Source of the DNA: Lama guanicoe
Lineage: Eukaryota
Assembly: GCA_013239625.1 (NCBI GenBank)
Contig: MU053758.1
Coordinates: 124,001-188,000, forward strand
Reading direction: 5' to 3'
Length of the DNA stretch: 64,000 nucleotides
In this document: in pieces, positions 13,203 to 22,326 of the stretch
Layout of the letters: each line of letters starts with the position of its first letter
How positions within the stretch are numbered: position 1 is the stretch's first letter
Notes under the pieces: generated by a model
Told to the model about the DNA's origin: nothing
Databases searched by the model: none
Seen by the model: the letters and a program-made list of their open reading frames with translations, nothing else
Program-made: the position numbers and the translations under genes

Positions 13203-13371
13203 TTTATTTTTTATTCCCTTTGTTTTTGTTTATTTATTTTTGTGAGTTTCTTGGGGGGGTCGGTGGGGGATTAGGTTTATTGATTTACTGATTGATGGAG
13301 GTACTGAGGATTGAACCCAGGACCTTGTGCATGCTAAGCACGTGCTCTACCACTGAGCTACACCCCCGCCT
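13203..13371 (-). mobile_element. tRNA-derived SINE (Vic-1-like) in PHOSPHO1 intron 1
   Basis: GGAGGTACTGAGGATTGAACCCAGGACC...CTCTACCACTGAGCTACACCC. Confidence 0.85.
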
Positions 13372-13616
13372 CCCGTGGGGGTTTTTAAGAGGATGCTTAA
13401 CAAGGGCTTTGTGATCCCTAAGTGCTACGCCTATTTGAAGCACTGTTTTTACTGAGTCCTGGGAGAGGATCTTGGATAGGACTGAGTGGGCATTAGTGGT
13501 GGAAACAATCAGCTGACTGGCACCCTCAAATGGACCTTGTGTGGTTGTCAGGAGCTCTGGAGGACCGCTGAAGGCCAACAGTCCCTACAGGTGGCACCCA
13601 GGGTGATGTACTGACA

Positions 13617-13661
13617 ATGAGCGGGTGTTTTCCAGTTGCTGGCCTCCGATGCCTGTCTAGG
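13617..13661 (+). CDS. PHOSPHO1: PHOSPHO1 first coding exon (MSGCFPVAGLRCLSR)
   Basis: ATG at 13617, 45 nt, phase-0 donor GTAAGT at 13662; matches the recalled N-terminus of the 267-aa mammalian isoform. Confidence 0.92.
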
Positions 13662-14555
13662 GTAAGTGGGTCCCTCCAGGGGTCTCTTAGGATGAGGCCT
13701 CAACCCCCATGTTCCCATCATGGGGTGGGAGGAGCCCTATCCAGCCCCTTTTAGGCCTGCCTCACCTCTCCTGGGCCTCCACTAATCCCTGGAAGCTTCC
13801 ATCCCAGGGGTAGGGCCCTGCTGCTTTATATCCTCAACTCCAGGGATCCTAGGCCACTGAGACTCCCAGATAGATGTTGGTAAGACCAGAGGGTGACTCT
13901 AGGGATGATGCTGAAGGGACAGTTCTATTAGAGAGGCAGACAGCCAGGTTCAAATCTCAGCTTTGAAATTAGGAAAGAAGCTCAGACTTGTTTCACAGGG
14001 TGTGCCAGGCCATAAACATCACAGGAGAGGGGGTTAGGAAGAAACTAGAAAGAGGAGTGGTTCCAGCACAACTAATTGGGGTGGGAGGCTGGGAGGAAGA
14101 AAGGCGGTGCGGTGGCTACTCTGCAGCTATACATAATCCGCTCACCGCCGCTCTGTCACTTAAAGCTGCTGGCAAGCAAAGGTGGCAGGGACAGGCTGCA
14201 GAGGGCCTCTGCTCTTCTCATTTGCTTGCCTTTGTGCCGCACACTTCCCTTGTTGTCCCCCATCCTCTTCCTTGTCAACAGGACTAGCCCGGGGTCTCCA
14301 CTTCCTGGGGCTCCCCACCCCCACTCCCCACCCCACTCTTCCTGTCCCATCCAGCTCCATGCTCCCTCTCCCAGCGTGACTTCCTCCTAGTTCTCTTCCT
14401 CCCCACTCCTGCCTCCGTACCCCCAGCCATGTCCCCACTACCTGCTCCCTCCTCTGCCTTTTCAGCCACTGCTGCTCTCTTTCCCTTACCTGTCTCCCAG
14501 GTATGGCGCGGCCTGGCTCGGGAGGCTCCTACTTCCCCAAGCCCCACCGCTTCTG

Positions 14556-14593
14556 CTGCTGCCCACTTGCTTCGGACTCTGGCAGAAACCCCA
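14556..14593 (+). repeat. 38-bp exact direct repeat, copy B (PHOSPHO1 intron 2)
   Basis: Identical to 12761-12798. Confidence 0.95.
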
Positions 14594-15345
14594 CCCGCTG
14601 ACACGTTCCTCCCAGGGAATTGGCAAGTGATTAGTGATGAGCTGTTAGCACAGGGCCCTAAAACTCCCTGCAGAAGCTGTGTCCCCTGCCCAGGGCCATC
14701 TGGCTGGAAGCAGCTCCCAGAGAGCCTGCCCAGGTCTTGTGTGGTCATTCCGCCTACGTGGTTCTTCCAGGAGCTAAAATCCAGTTCTCTGATCAGCGCA
14801 GAAGCCCAGGCACTTAACTCTCCAGACCTGGCCCTTAGCTCCTATCCAGGCCTGAGGACCTGGCACTGATTGTCCACATGCCTGGGATGGTGCCAACACG
14901 GCCTCCTGGGAGCCTGGCTCCTATATTGTCCACCATGGTCCCACAAACTCTCGGCTCTGCATGGCTGAGAAAGGGGAATGAGGAGGCTGCTCCAGTTGGG
15001 TGAATGGGTGGTTTCCCTTGACTGTTAGGGAAGAAGGGAGTAGAGAGTCCCCTCCGTTTATCCATAAGAACAAGTGGAGTCACTGGAAGAGCCCGGAATG
15101 GTCTAGGGACCCCCAAAGGAGTGACCCCTTGGAAGCTGTTCTTCCCTCTCTCAAGTTGTTAAGCCCCCATGGCCCCGATGAGAGTAGGAGAAATAGCTGG
15201 GCTCAGGAGGGGGAAGGTCCACTGAGGGTAAATCCCAGCGCAGTTAACCAAGAGGTGCCAAGCGGGTGGGCAGGGAAGGCTGGGAGTGGGGACGGCGACG
15301 TTGCTTACCCAGCTTAACCAGCTTCGGGTCCTCCTCAGGTCTTGG

Positions 15346-16221
15346 ATGTGCCAGCGCCTCTGGCTGTGGCCCGCTAACCAGCCTCTCCCGGGCCGGCTCC
15401 CGCCGCGCCCCCTCTCGCTTGCTCCCTCCTCCTCCTCCTGCTCCTCTCTCCCCCGCTCCCAGGACAGCGGGATGGCCGCGCAGAGCGCGCCGCGCTTCCT
15501 GCTGACCTTCGACTTTGACGAGACCATCGTGGACGAGAACAGCGACGACTCGATCGTGCGCGCCGCGCCAGGCCAGCGGCTGCCGGAGAGCCTGCGAGCC
15601 ACCTACCGCGAGGGCTTCTACAACGAGTACATGCAGCGCGTCTTCCAGTACCTGGGCGAGCAGGGCGTGCGGCCGCGGGACCTGCGCGCCATCTACGAGG
15701 CCATCCCCCTGTCGCCGGGCATGGGCGAGCTGCTGCAGTTTGTGGCCAAGCAGGGCGCCTGCTTCGAGGTTATTCTCATCTCAGACGCCAACACCTTCGG
15801 CGTGGAGAGCGCGCTGCGCGCCGCCGGCCACCACGGCCTGTTCCGCCGCATCTTCAGCAACCCGTCGGGGCCCGATGCGCGGGGGCTGCTGACGCTGCGG
15901 CCCTTCCACACGCACAGCTGTGCGCGCTGCCCCGCCAACATGTGCAAGCACAAGGTGCTCAGCGATTACCTGCGCGAGCGGGCCCGCGACGGCGTGCACT
16001 TCGAGCGCCTGTTCTATGTGGGCGACGGCGCCAACGACTTCTGCCCCACGGGGCTGCTGGCGGGAGGCGATGTGGCCTTCCCGCGCCGCGGCTACCCCAT
16101 GCACCGCCTTATCCAGGAGGCGCAGAAGGCCGAGCCCAGCTCCTTCCGCGCCGCCGTGGTGCCCTGGGAAACGGCCACTGACGTGCGCCTCCATCTGCAA
16201 CAGGTGCTGAAGACGTGCTGA
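15346..16221 (+). CDS. PHOSPHO1: PHOSPHO1 alternative isoform (extended exon 3, '3a'-type), 291 aa, starting [15 protein letters not shown]
   Basis: Upstream acceptor CTCCTCAG| at 15338 and in-frame ATG at 15346; N-terminus resembles the recalled long human isoform. Confidence 0.75.
   Translation: MCQRLWLWPANQPLPGRLPPRPLSLAPSSSSCSSLPRSQDSGMAAQSAPRFLLTFDFDETIVDENSDDSIVRAAPGQRLPESLRATYREGFYNEYMQRVFQYLGEQGVRPRDLRAIYEAIPLSPGMGELLQFVAKQGACFEVILISDANTFGVESALRAAGHHGLFRRIFSNPSGPDARGLLTLRPFHTHSCARCPANMCKHKVLSDYLRERARDGVHFERLFYVGDGANDFCPTGLLAGGDVAFPRRGYPMHRLIQEAQKAEPSSFRAAVVPWETATDVRLHLQQVLKTC
15463..16221 (+). CDS. PHOSPHO1: PHOSPHO1 main coding exon, phosphoethanolamine/phosphocholine phosphatase (HAD family); 267 aa when spliced to 13617-13661
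   Basis: HAD motifs DFDET, ISDAN, MCK and GDGAND; polypyrimidine tract plus CAG at 15460-15462; TGA 16219-16221; 45+759 nt gives 267 aa. Confidence 0.98.
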   Translation, partial: DSGMAAQSAPRFLLTFDFDETIVDENSDDSIVRAAPGQRLPESLRATYREGFYNEYMQRVFQYLGEQGVRPRDLRAIYEAIPLSPGMGELLQFVAKQGACFEVILISDANTFGVESALRAAGHHGLFRRIFSNPSGPDARGLLTLRPFHTHSCARCPANMCKHKVLSDYLRERARDGVHFERLFYVGDGANDFCPTGLLAGGDVAFPRRGYPMHRLIQEAQKAEPSSFRAAVVPWETATDVRLHLQQVLKTC

Positions 16222-17467
16222 GGACGCGGCCTGCAGGGGCTCCCGGGCGGGGAAGGGGGGCGAGGGGGCTGGGGATCCGGAAAGACAAACCTAGTTTTAT
16301 TACTCCCTTTCCCTTTCGCTTTGGTATGTCCCTCCGGGAATTTCCGGAATTCCAGGCTCGTCCCTTTGGGGGCTGGGGGAGGGAGTCCAGAGCCGTCCCC
16401 ATCTATGCAGTTAACCCAGCTCAGCTTCCTCCCCTACTTCCACTGCAATAACGTTCTGGAGTCTGGCGCCACTGGGGTGGTGAGCATACCTGGGCAGGCA
16501 GCAGTGTTTCCAAAACCCCTGTCCTCCGAAATGGGAGGAAGGGGGTCCCCTGGCAGATGAGAGAAGGAACATCTCCCACTGCCTTAACTGCTGCCTTAGG
16601 CTGCATGACCTCCCTCCCCCAGTTTTCTGTCAAGCGGATCCAGGTCCCAAAATTCCCGCAGTTGCACCGGACTTCCGCGGAGAGAGACGGCTTTCTCAGA
16701 CAACGATCCCAAGCCTAGATCTTGCTTCACCTACCACGACCCCACACTACACACCTTTTCTTCTTGCCTCCCTTCTCCTGACCATCCCGCCAGCATCCCC
16801 ACAGGAAAAAAAGCCAGAGGGAACAGACACCTCCTCGTGGTGGGACGAGGTAGCACACTGTCCTGCTCGGGTCCAGCCAGCCAGGGACCTTGCAGCTCGC
16901 GCAACAGTGTCTCCTCGCACCCCAGCCTCGTCTATGCAGCAAGAGACCAGGGACTTACACCAAAGTCGCCCCGTCGGCTGGGCCCTCTGAGCCCCTCTCC
17001 TCCCGTATGGAACAGAAAGCCATGATGTTTTAAAGCAGAGCCAGCGAAACCCAAGCCCCTCCTCCCTCTCTGGTATTTCAGAGCTATAAAGGAGGCGAAG
17101 GGGAAGAGGTGCCTGAGATCTCTCGCGCCGCAGTCTGAGGGATGAAAGATGAGAGTGAAGTGCCCTCTACTCTCAGAGCTCCATTTAAGTGAGGGAGTTA
17201 GAGTCTCCGCTCATGGAGTAGTGCCCAGCTTGGAGAACCAAGACAACACAACACAAGCCAACAGGCAAAAGAACAGTGCAGCCCATGGTTGTAGAGCAGG
17301 GGTCTAGGGTAGAGGGCTCAAAGAGCACCGAGGAGAAGGGAGAGATACGGCCGCGGGGGCCAAGCAGAGGGGGCTCAATAATTAATTAGCGGGAGCCTTA
17401 GCCAAGCTAAGGGTGTCTTTCATTCCCTCTGACTCCCAGCCCTGCCGGGCAATCATAAGGTCAGAGT

Positions 17468-17473
17468 TTTATT
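17468..17473 (-). terminator. ABI3 polyadenylation signal AATAAA
   Basis: TTTATT on the + strand about 290 nt past the ABI3 stop. Confidence 0.7.
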
Positions 17474-17763
17474 CAAAGTTGGCACTTGCAGCTGGAAACC
17501 CTATCCTGCATGGTACAGGGCTCCTCTGGATAAGATCACCAAGCTTCTTGGCTTCTGGTTCTTTCCTGTCTGCAGCAGGCCCTGGGTATCTCCTCTCTCC
17601 TCAGGACCCCTTCCCACTGCAATGGAGGGGGCAGGGGCAGACACAGCTCACAGCCTAGGAGGTGTTCAGCCCTACTCCAGCCTTGGCCGTGGAGCTGGCT
17701 TTGGTGTGGGACTCAGGAGGCTCAAGGGAGTGCCTGGGTCAGCATCCCAGAGCGCTCAGGCTG

Positions 17764-17927
17764 TCAGCAGCTGGGCTCCACATAGTTCCCAGGGAAGAAT
17801 CCAGACCCCTCTGAGCTGACGCCCTCACACCAGCCATCAGAGTAGCGGCGGGTGATGCAGATAATGGTGCCTTCAGAGAAAGAGAGTTGGTTGTCCTTCT
17901 GGCGGGTGTATGGGTATAGTGTCACCA
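17764..17927 (-). CDS. ABI3: ABI3 coding exon 8, SH3 domain (VVTLYPY...DGWCEG...GFFPGNYVEPSC*)
   Basis: SH3 signatures LYPY, GW.EG and GFFPGNYV; TGA at 17764-17766. Confidence 0.96.
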
Positions 17928-18227
17928 CTGCAGGGCAGGAGGAGAGGGTGCCGTGAGATGTGCTGCCTGCCCCATCATGGGGATGCAGGGGCCCACACTA
18001 GGGAGTAACTAGGAGGGTGGGCCAGGAGATACCTTCTCCAAAGTCCCCGGGACTCCTCCCCAGCTGAGGTGTTCAGTATCAGGCCAGCTGCTTCTCTTTG
18101 TTGGGGGAAATAACAAGTTCACCTTTGCAGATGGAGGGGAGGCTGTTTCTGGGCTAGCAGACCGGGGTGGGGGCAGCGGGACACTGACCCTAGGATCGGG
18201 TGCCCTTCAGCCCAAGGAGTCAAGTAC

Positions 18228-18365
18228 CTTTCTCCAAGTATGTATCAGGGACCCAGCTTGGCTCCTCGGGCCCAAAGCCTGGTGGGGGCGGAGGTGGCAG
18301 ACCCAAGTCATCTACATCCAGGGGCGGCGGAGGGGGCAGGTCCAGGGGCAGAGGCAGCTCCAGGT
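18228..18365 (-). CDS. ABI3: ABI3 coding exon 7 (DLELPLPLDLPPPPP...EPSWVPDTYLEK)
   Basis: PSWVP..YLEK pre-SH3 motif typical of ABI proteins; acceptor CCCAG, donor GTACTT. Confidence 0.94.
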
Positions 18366-18895
18366 CTGGGAGGGGAAGCAGAAGGGCTGCAAGCATGACA
18401 CAGGCAATCCCCTCCACTCACCCCAAGAACCTTCACTGTTCAAAGGCAGAGCCCCAGGATCTACCCATTCTACGTAACCTGCCTCCTGCCCTCATTCATC
18501 CTGGTCCTCCCACAATGCCTCTAGCAAGTAGTAGATGCTCAGTAAACACTGAGCAACATAAACAGTGTAGGGTGGTCATACAGCTTGGTGAGCCTTGGGC
18601 AAGTCACTTAATTTAACCTCTCAGCCTCAGCTTCTTCTGTTAAATGGGAGCGTGAAATTTCTCTTAGGGTTAAGTTTAAGTGAGAAAATGGATGCTAAAC
18701 TTCACCCCGGGGCCTGCTATAAAGCAGGCGCTAAATTATGTTCGTTCACTTCCTCCACGGCTTTCTCATGTCTTCTACCTGGCAAAGCATTCACTGAGGT
18801 AGGCTCGACTGGACCCAGGTGAGGTGGGGAGGAGTTTCAAGAGGTGAGAAAACGACCCCAAAGTTGAGCTAGGAGGAGAGGGAGGGGCTGCTTAC

Positions 18896-19029
18896 CTGGC
18901 GGAGGCAGGGACAGATCCTCCAGCGGAGGGGGCGGCAGGAAGACCTCGGCGGCAGCAGGTGGAGGCGGTGGAGGAGGGGGTACTGCCTGCCCCTTGGTCG
19001 TGGAGACCCCACTGACACCTTCGGCGCTG
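18896..19029 (-). CDS. ABI3: ABI3 coding exon 6 (proline-rich, SAEGVSGV...LSLPPP)
   Basis: CAGCAG acceptor, donor GTAAGC; frame continuous with neighbouring exons. Confidence 0.9.
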
Positions 19030-19236
19030 CTGCAGACCAGAGAAAAGGGGGCTCGGCTAGGTTGGGGGTCACCTTCCCTGGCTCAGCGCCCCAACTGGCT
19101 CCGCCCGTTCAATCCCAAGCCCCGCCCCTGTGATCTTGAGTCCTCTCTATCCCGGTAGTCACGGTGAAAACCGGCAGGAGGTCCCTCTCCAACCCCACCC
19201 CCACCACCGCCCCCCAGCTTGGACTTGGGGGCTCAC

Positions 19237-19323
19237 CCAGCCGAGGCCAGGGAGGAGACAGAGGACGCGGCGGAGAGTTTGTCTTCGGGCACCACCGGGA
19301 GCTCTGGGATCCGGGGTGCTCTC
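19237..19323 (-). CDS. ABI3: ABI3 coding exon 5 (RAPRIPELPVVPEDKLSAASSVSSLASAG)
   Basis: Acceptor CCCCCAG, donor GTGAGC; 87 nt, phase 2-2. Confidence 0.9.
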
Positions 19324-19504
19324 CTGGGGGTGGAGAGGAGAGATGTAGTCAAGGGGGAAGGAAGGCTTCCGGCGAGCTGGGGCTGGCGCCGAGGGGAGGT
19401 GGCAGCTGGCGGAGGAGGAAGTTTGGCGCTCGGCTTGAAGCGAGGATGGGGGCGTAGAGTTTTGGGATGGAGCGGGGCAGATTACGATTGCGGTGATGCC
19501 TCAC

Positions 19505-19590
19505 CCCAGGGTGGCCGAGGAAGGTGTGGCAGGCGCCTTGATGCTCTTTCGAGACAGGGTGCCGGTCCGCGACAGCTGGGTGCTCAGATC
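19505..19590 (-). CDS. ABI3: ABI3 coding exon 4 (DLSTQLSRTGTLSRKSIKAPATPSSATLG)
   Basis: GTLSR motif; acceptor CAG, donor GTGAGG; 86 nt keeps the frame. Confidence 0.93.
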
Positions 19591-20941
19591 CTGCCGGAGG
19601 AACAGGGGGTGGGGCTGACATCCATGGGGCCCCCCGGTAGCCCCTCTAATCCCGGAGAGCAAGTAGGGGCAGGGCGAACTAGAACTCGAAGGGAGAGGGC
19701 GGACGGGCACAGCAAGTTCTCACTTCCACTTCCCAGGCCCCATCTCCCACCCCACCCCCTCTGCTTTCCTGCGCCCTGGGCCTCAAGTCTGCCCCAGGCC
19801 CAGACAGACACGGTCTGAAGGCCACTTCCTCTGCTTTGGCTCAGCGACTGAGCCTCACCTCCTGCCAAAGCACGCTCAGCTCCCAGCTCGGTGGTCCCTA
19901 ACTGAGAAACCTCAACACCAGCGCAGGGCTGAGGAGGTAGAGGTGGACTTAGAAACGTCCCACCTGTCGTCTTCACAGGCCCTTGGAACTAGTTTTGGGG
20001 GAGCTGCGGCCAGAGAGAAGCAGAACACGTAGCGTGTGCAAGGACCAGGTGCAAACCCCCACGAGCGAGAGAGCACCTGTTACCGACAGGGTTTCCCCAG
20101 GAGTGGGTGGCGGGGAGTGATGTCCTCTGCTGTACTTCACTAGGGACAGGACAGAAGGGACTTGAGCTGAAGCATAAAGAATATAATTTGGACAATAGGA
20201 AGAACTCACTGATGAGGAGGGCTGGTGACTGAAGGAGGGAGTGCACTTCCTCTCTTTGGGGGGGATGGTATGTTAGGATATGAAAGGGTCATTTAGATAC
20301 AGGGGAGCTTCTAATCTAATCTGGAATGATGGGGTGTGGGGACCAGGGATCAACAAAATGGGATTAGGGGTATGTGCACTGTCCCTTCTCTCCAGAATTC
20401 TGTGAAGGAAATGCCAGTCATCCACCAGGTCTCCCTTTGAGTGGCTGCATCCTCACCCCTTCCCACCCAACAGCAGCTCTGGGGTGACTGTTCAGTGCAG
20501 TGACCTCAAACCTCCAGACAGAGGAAGTTGCTGTTCTCATGCCGCTGCGGAGCCATTCTCATGCACACCCTGACATCCTCCCTCCCCTTCTCCCCCTCGC
20601 GCCCTCACAGCTGGCACCCACAGTGGGGAGGGGTGGGTGTGCCCACATGTCACTCTCAGCAGATCATGTGAGTACAGAGTAAAGGTCGGTTATGAAGCGG
20701 GGTGGGTCATGAAGAATTTTTAAGGAAGAGCCGGGTCAGGGAGGGGAGGCCCCTTCCTGGAAGGAGGCCTTGGGGAAGAGGGGAGCCTCTTAGGGTGATG
20801 GCTTCCGGGAGTGAGGAAGGAAAGGGGCTGCAGGTTGGGATAAGAACATGGCTGTGGATGAGAATTGGGTGCCTAGAGAGAAGGGAGCCACGAGGCAGAA
20901 GCTGGGGGCTGTGGAGAAAGAGGAGGGGCCGCTCTCTTTAC

Positions 20942-21118
20942 CTTGATCCCATGGCCGATGTCATCCAGGCAGCCAAAGTCGAGAGGTCTCCGGTAGTAGG
21001 GTGTGAGCGGAGGGAGGCTCGTGGGGGCGATGATTTTCTGGCTGGGGGGCAGCCGCTTGACAGTGGCTAAGGTGCCAATCTCCCTTCGGGCCACCTTCTC
21101 CATATGCATGTTCACCAT
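20942..21118 (-). CDS. ABI3: ABI3 coding exon 3 (MVNMHMEKVARREIG...LDDIGHGIK)
   Basis: Abi HHR motifs EKVARREIG and LDDIGHG; acceptor CAG, donor GTAAAG. Confidence 0.96.
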
Positions 21119-22158
21119 CTGCATGACAGGGTTAGAGGTGACAGTGGGGCAGCCTCTGCACAGCGCAGCCCCTTAAGACCTTGGGGTGAGGAGAGGGACC
21201 AGGGGAGGCAGTGAAGTCCAGAGAAGGAGTGAGGGGAGTTTTGTCCCCAAGGCCACACAGCCTTTGGGAGAAGAGTTGCCAGGGGAGGATGGAGCCACTT
21301 TGGAGCAACTTCCTGGTGGAAGAGAACAGGGGTTATTATTAGCTGAGCAGGAACCAGAGGAAAAGAGAAAACTCAGCATCCCTGGGGATGCTGGGAGGAG
21401 ACTGGGCTGGCTCAAGAGCAGAGGGGAATAACGTAGAGGTGGCTGAGAATTGTGGCTGGATCGGCTTTCCCTTTGGGGGCACAATATATAGGGCACAATA
21501 TATGAGTGAATTAACTTCCTCTTGGAATGTACTGCGCAGAAACTTACAAGCGCTGAGAGTGTGGGAACTCCAGTCTGCTGGGGTGAAAGGAAAAGACACA
21601 CCCACAGTGACCATGTGGGTGATGCACAAGCCAGGCCGATGTGTAACTGAATCTGTGCATGTGGTTTGTGGGGCAATTCCTTGGCCAAGGATCCAGGAAG
21701 GAAGGAGGAGGGTGTGTATGCTAGATGGGTGGGGGGCGCTGTGCTGTAGTGGCAATGCTCCCAGGGCTGAGGATGACCTTGCCAAGCAAGCACTCTGGGT
21801 CTGGGATACATATTAGGCCACTGCCTGTGTTTACACGGGAACAGGGTCCCTATGCCTCCTTGCTGTTCTATGCAGCCGCTGTGATGAACAGAGTCTACTG
21901 TGTTGGGTAGAATTCAGAGAAAAAAGAGTTCTGCCCTCAGGGGGGTCCTCGTCTGATGGGGCAGCCAGGCCCACCACGGAGACATAACCACAGAGATAAG
22001 GAGGCTCCAAAAGCTTGGGGAGTGGCAACTTTCTGTGATAGAGCTTGGGCTTACTGACGTGGAAGAAGGTGGGAAAGGACTTTTGCTGGAGAAGATGTCC
22101 TGGGTGGGGCTGAATGCGAATTAGGGGCTGATGCAAGCAGCCTTCCCACAGCTCTTAC

Positions 22159-22326
22159 CTGGCCCAGCGTGCTCACCCGTGCTTCCACCTGCCGCAGGGC
22201 GGCCGCCTGAAGGTCCAACATGCGCAGAGTGTGTCCAGCCAGGTTGCCCACCTGGTAGGCCACGCTGGCCAGGGCCTGGGTGGTGAAGGCCATGGTCTCC
22301 TCCAGTGCCTTCCGCTTGTCCGTGGC
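22159..22326 (-). CDS. ABI3: ABI3 coding exon 2 (ATDKRKALEETMAFTTQALASVAYQ...TLGQ)
   Basis: Conserved ABI coiled-coil motif LASVAYQ; acceptor TTTCAG, donor GTAAGA. Confidence 0.96.

Larger units (their letters stand above)
10090..17110 (+). other. PHOSPHO1: PHOSPHO1 gene model (non-coding exon 1 ~10090-10329, exon 2 ~13552-13661, exon 3 15463-~17110); ends approximate
   Basis: TATA-like box 10062, donor CAC|GTGAGT at 10330, candidate acceptor TGTCAG| at 13551, donor AGG|GTAAGT at 13662, acceptor TCCCAG| at 15462, candidate poly(A) signal TATAAA 17085-17090. Confidence 0.8.

Noticed and set aside
15286..15345. N-terminal extension of the 311-aa PHOSPHO1 ORF
   Set aside because: Starts at GTG upstream of the splice acceptor, so it is intronic; the first ATG is 15346
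15515..16210. Several overlapping and antisense ORFs within PHOSPHO1 exon 3
   Set aside because: Expected shadow ORFs from extreme GC3 codon bias that removes stop codons
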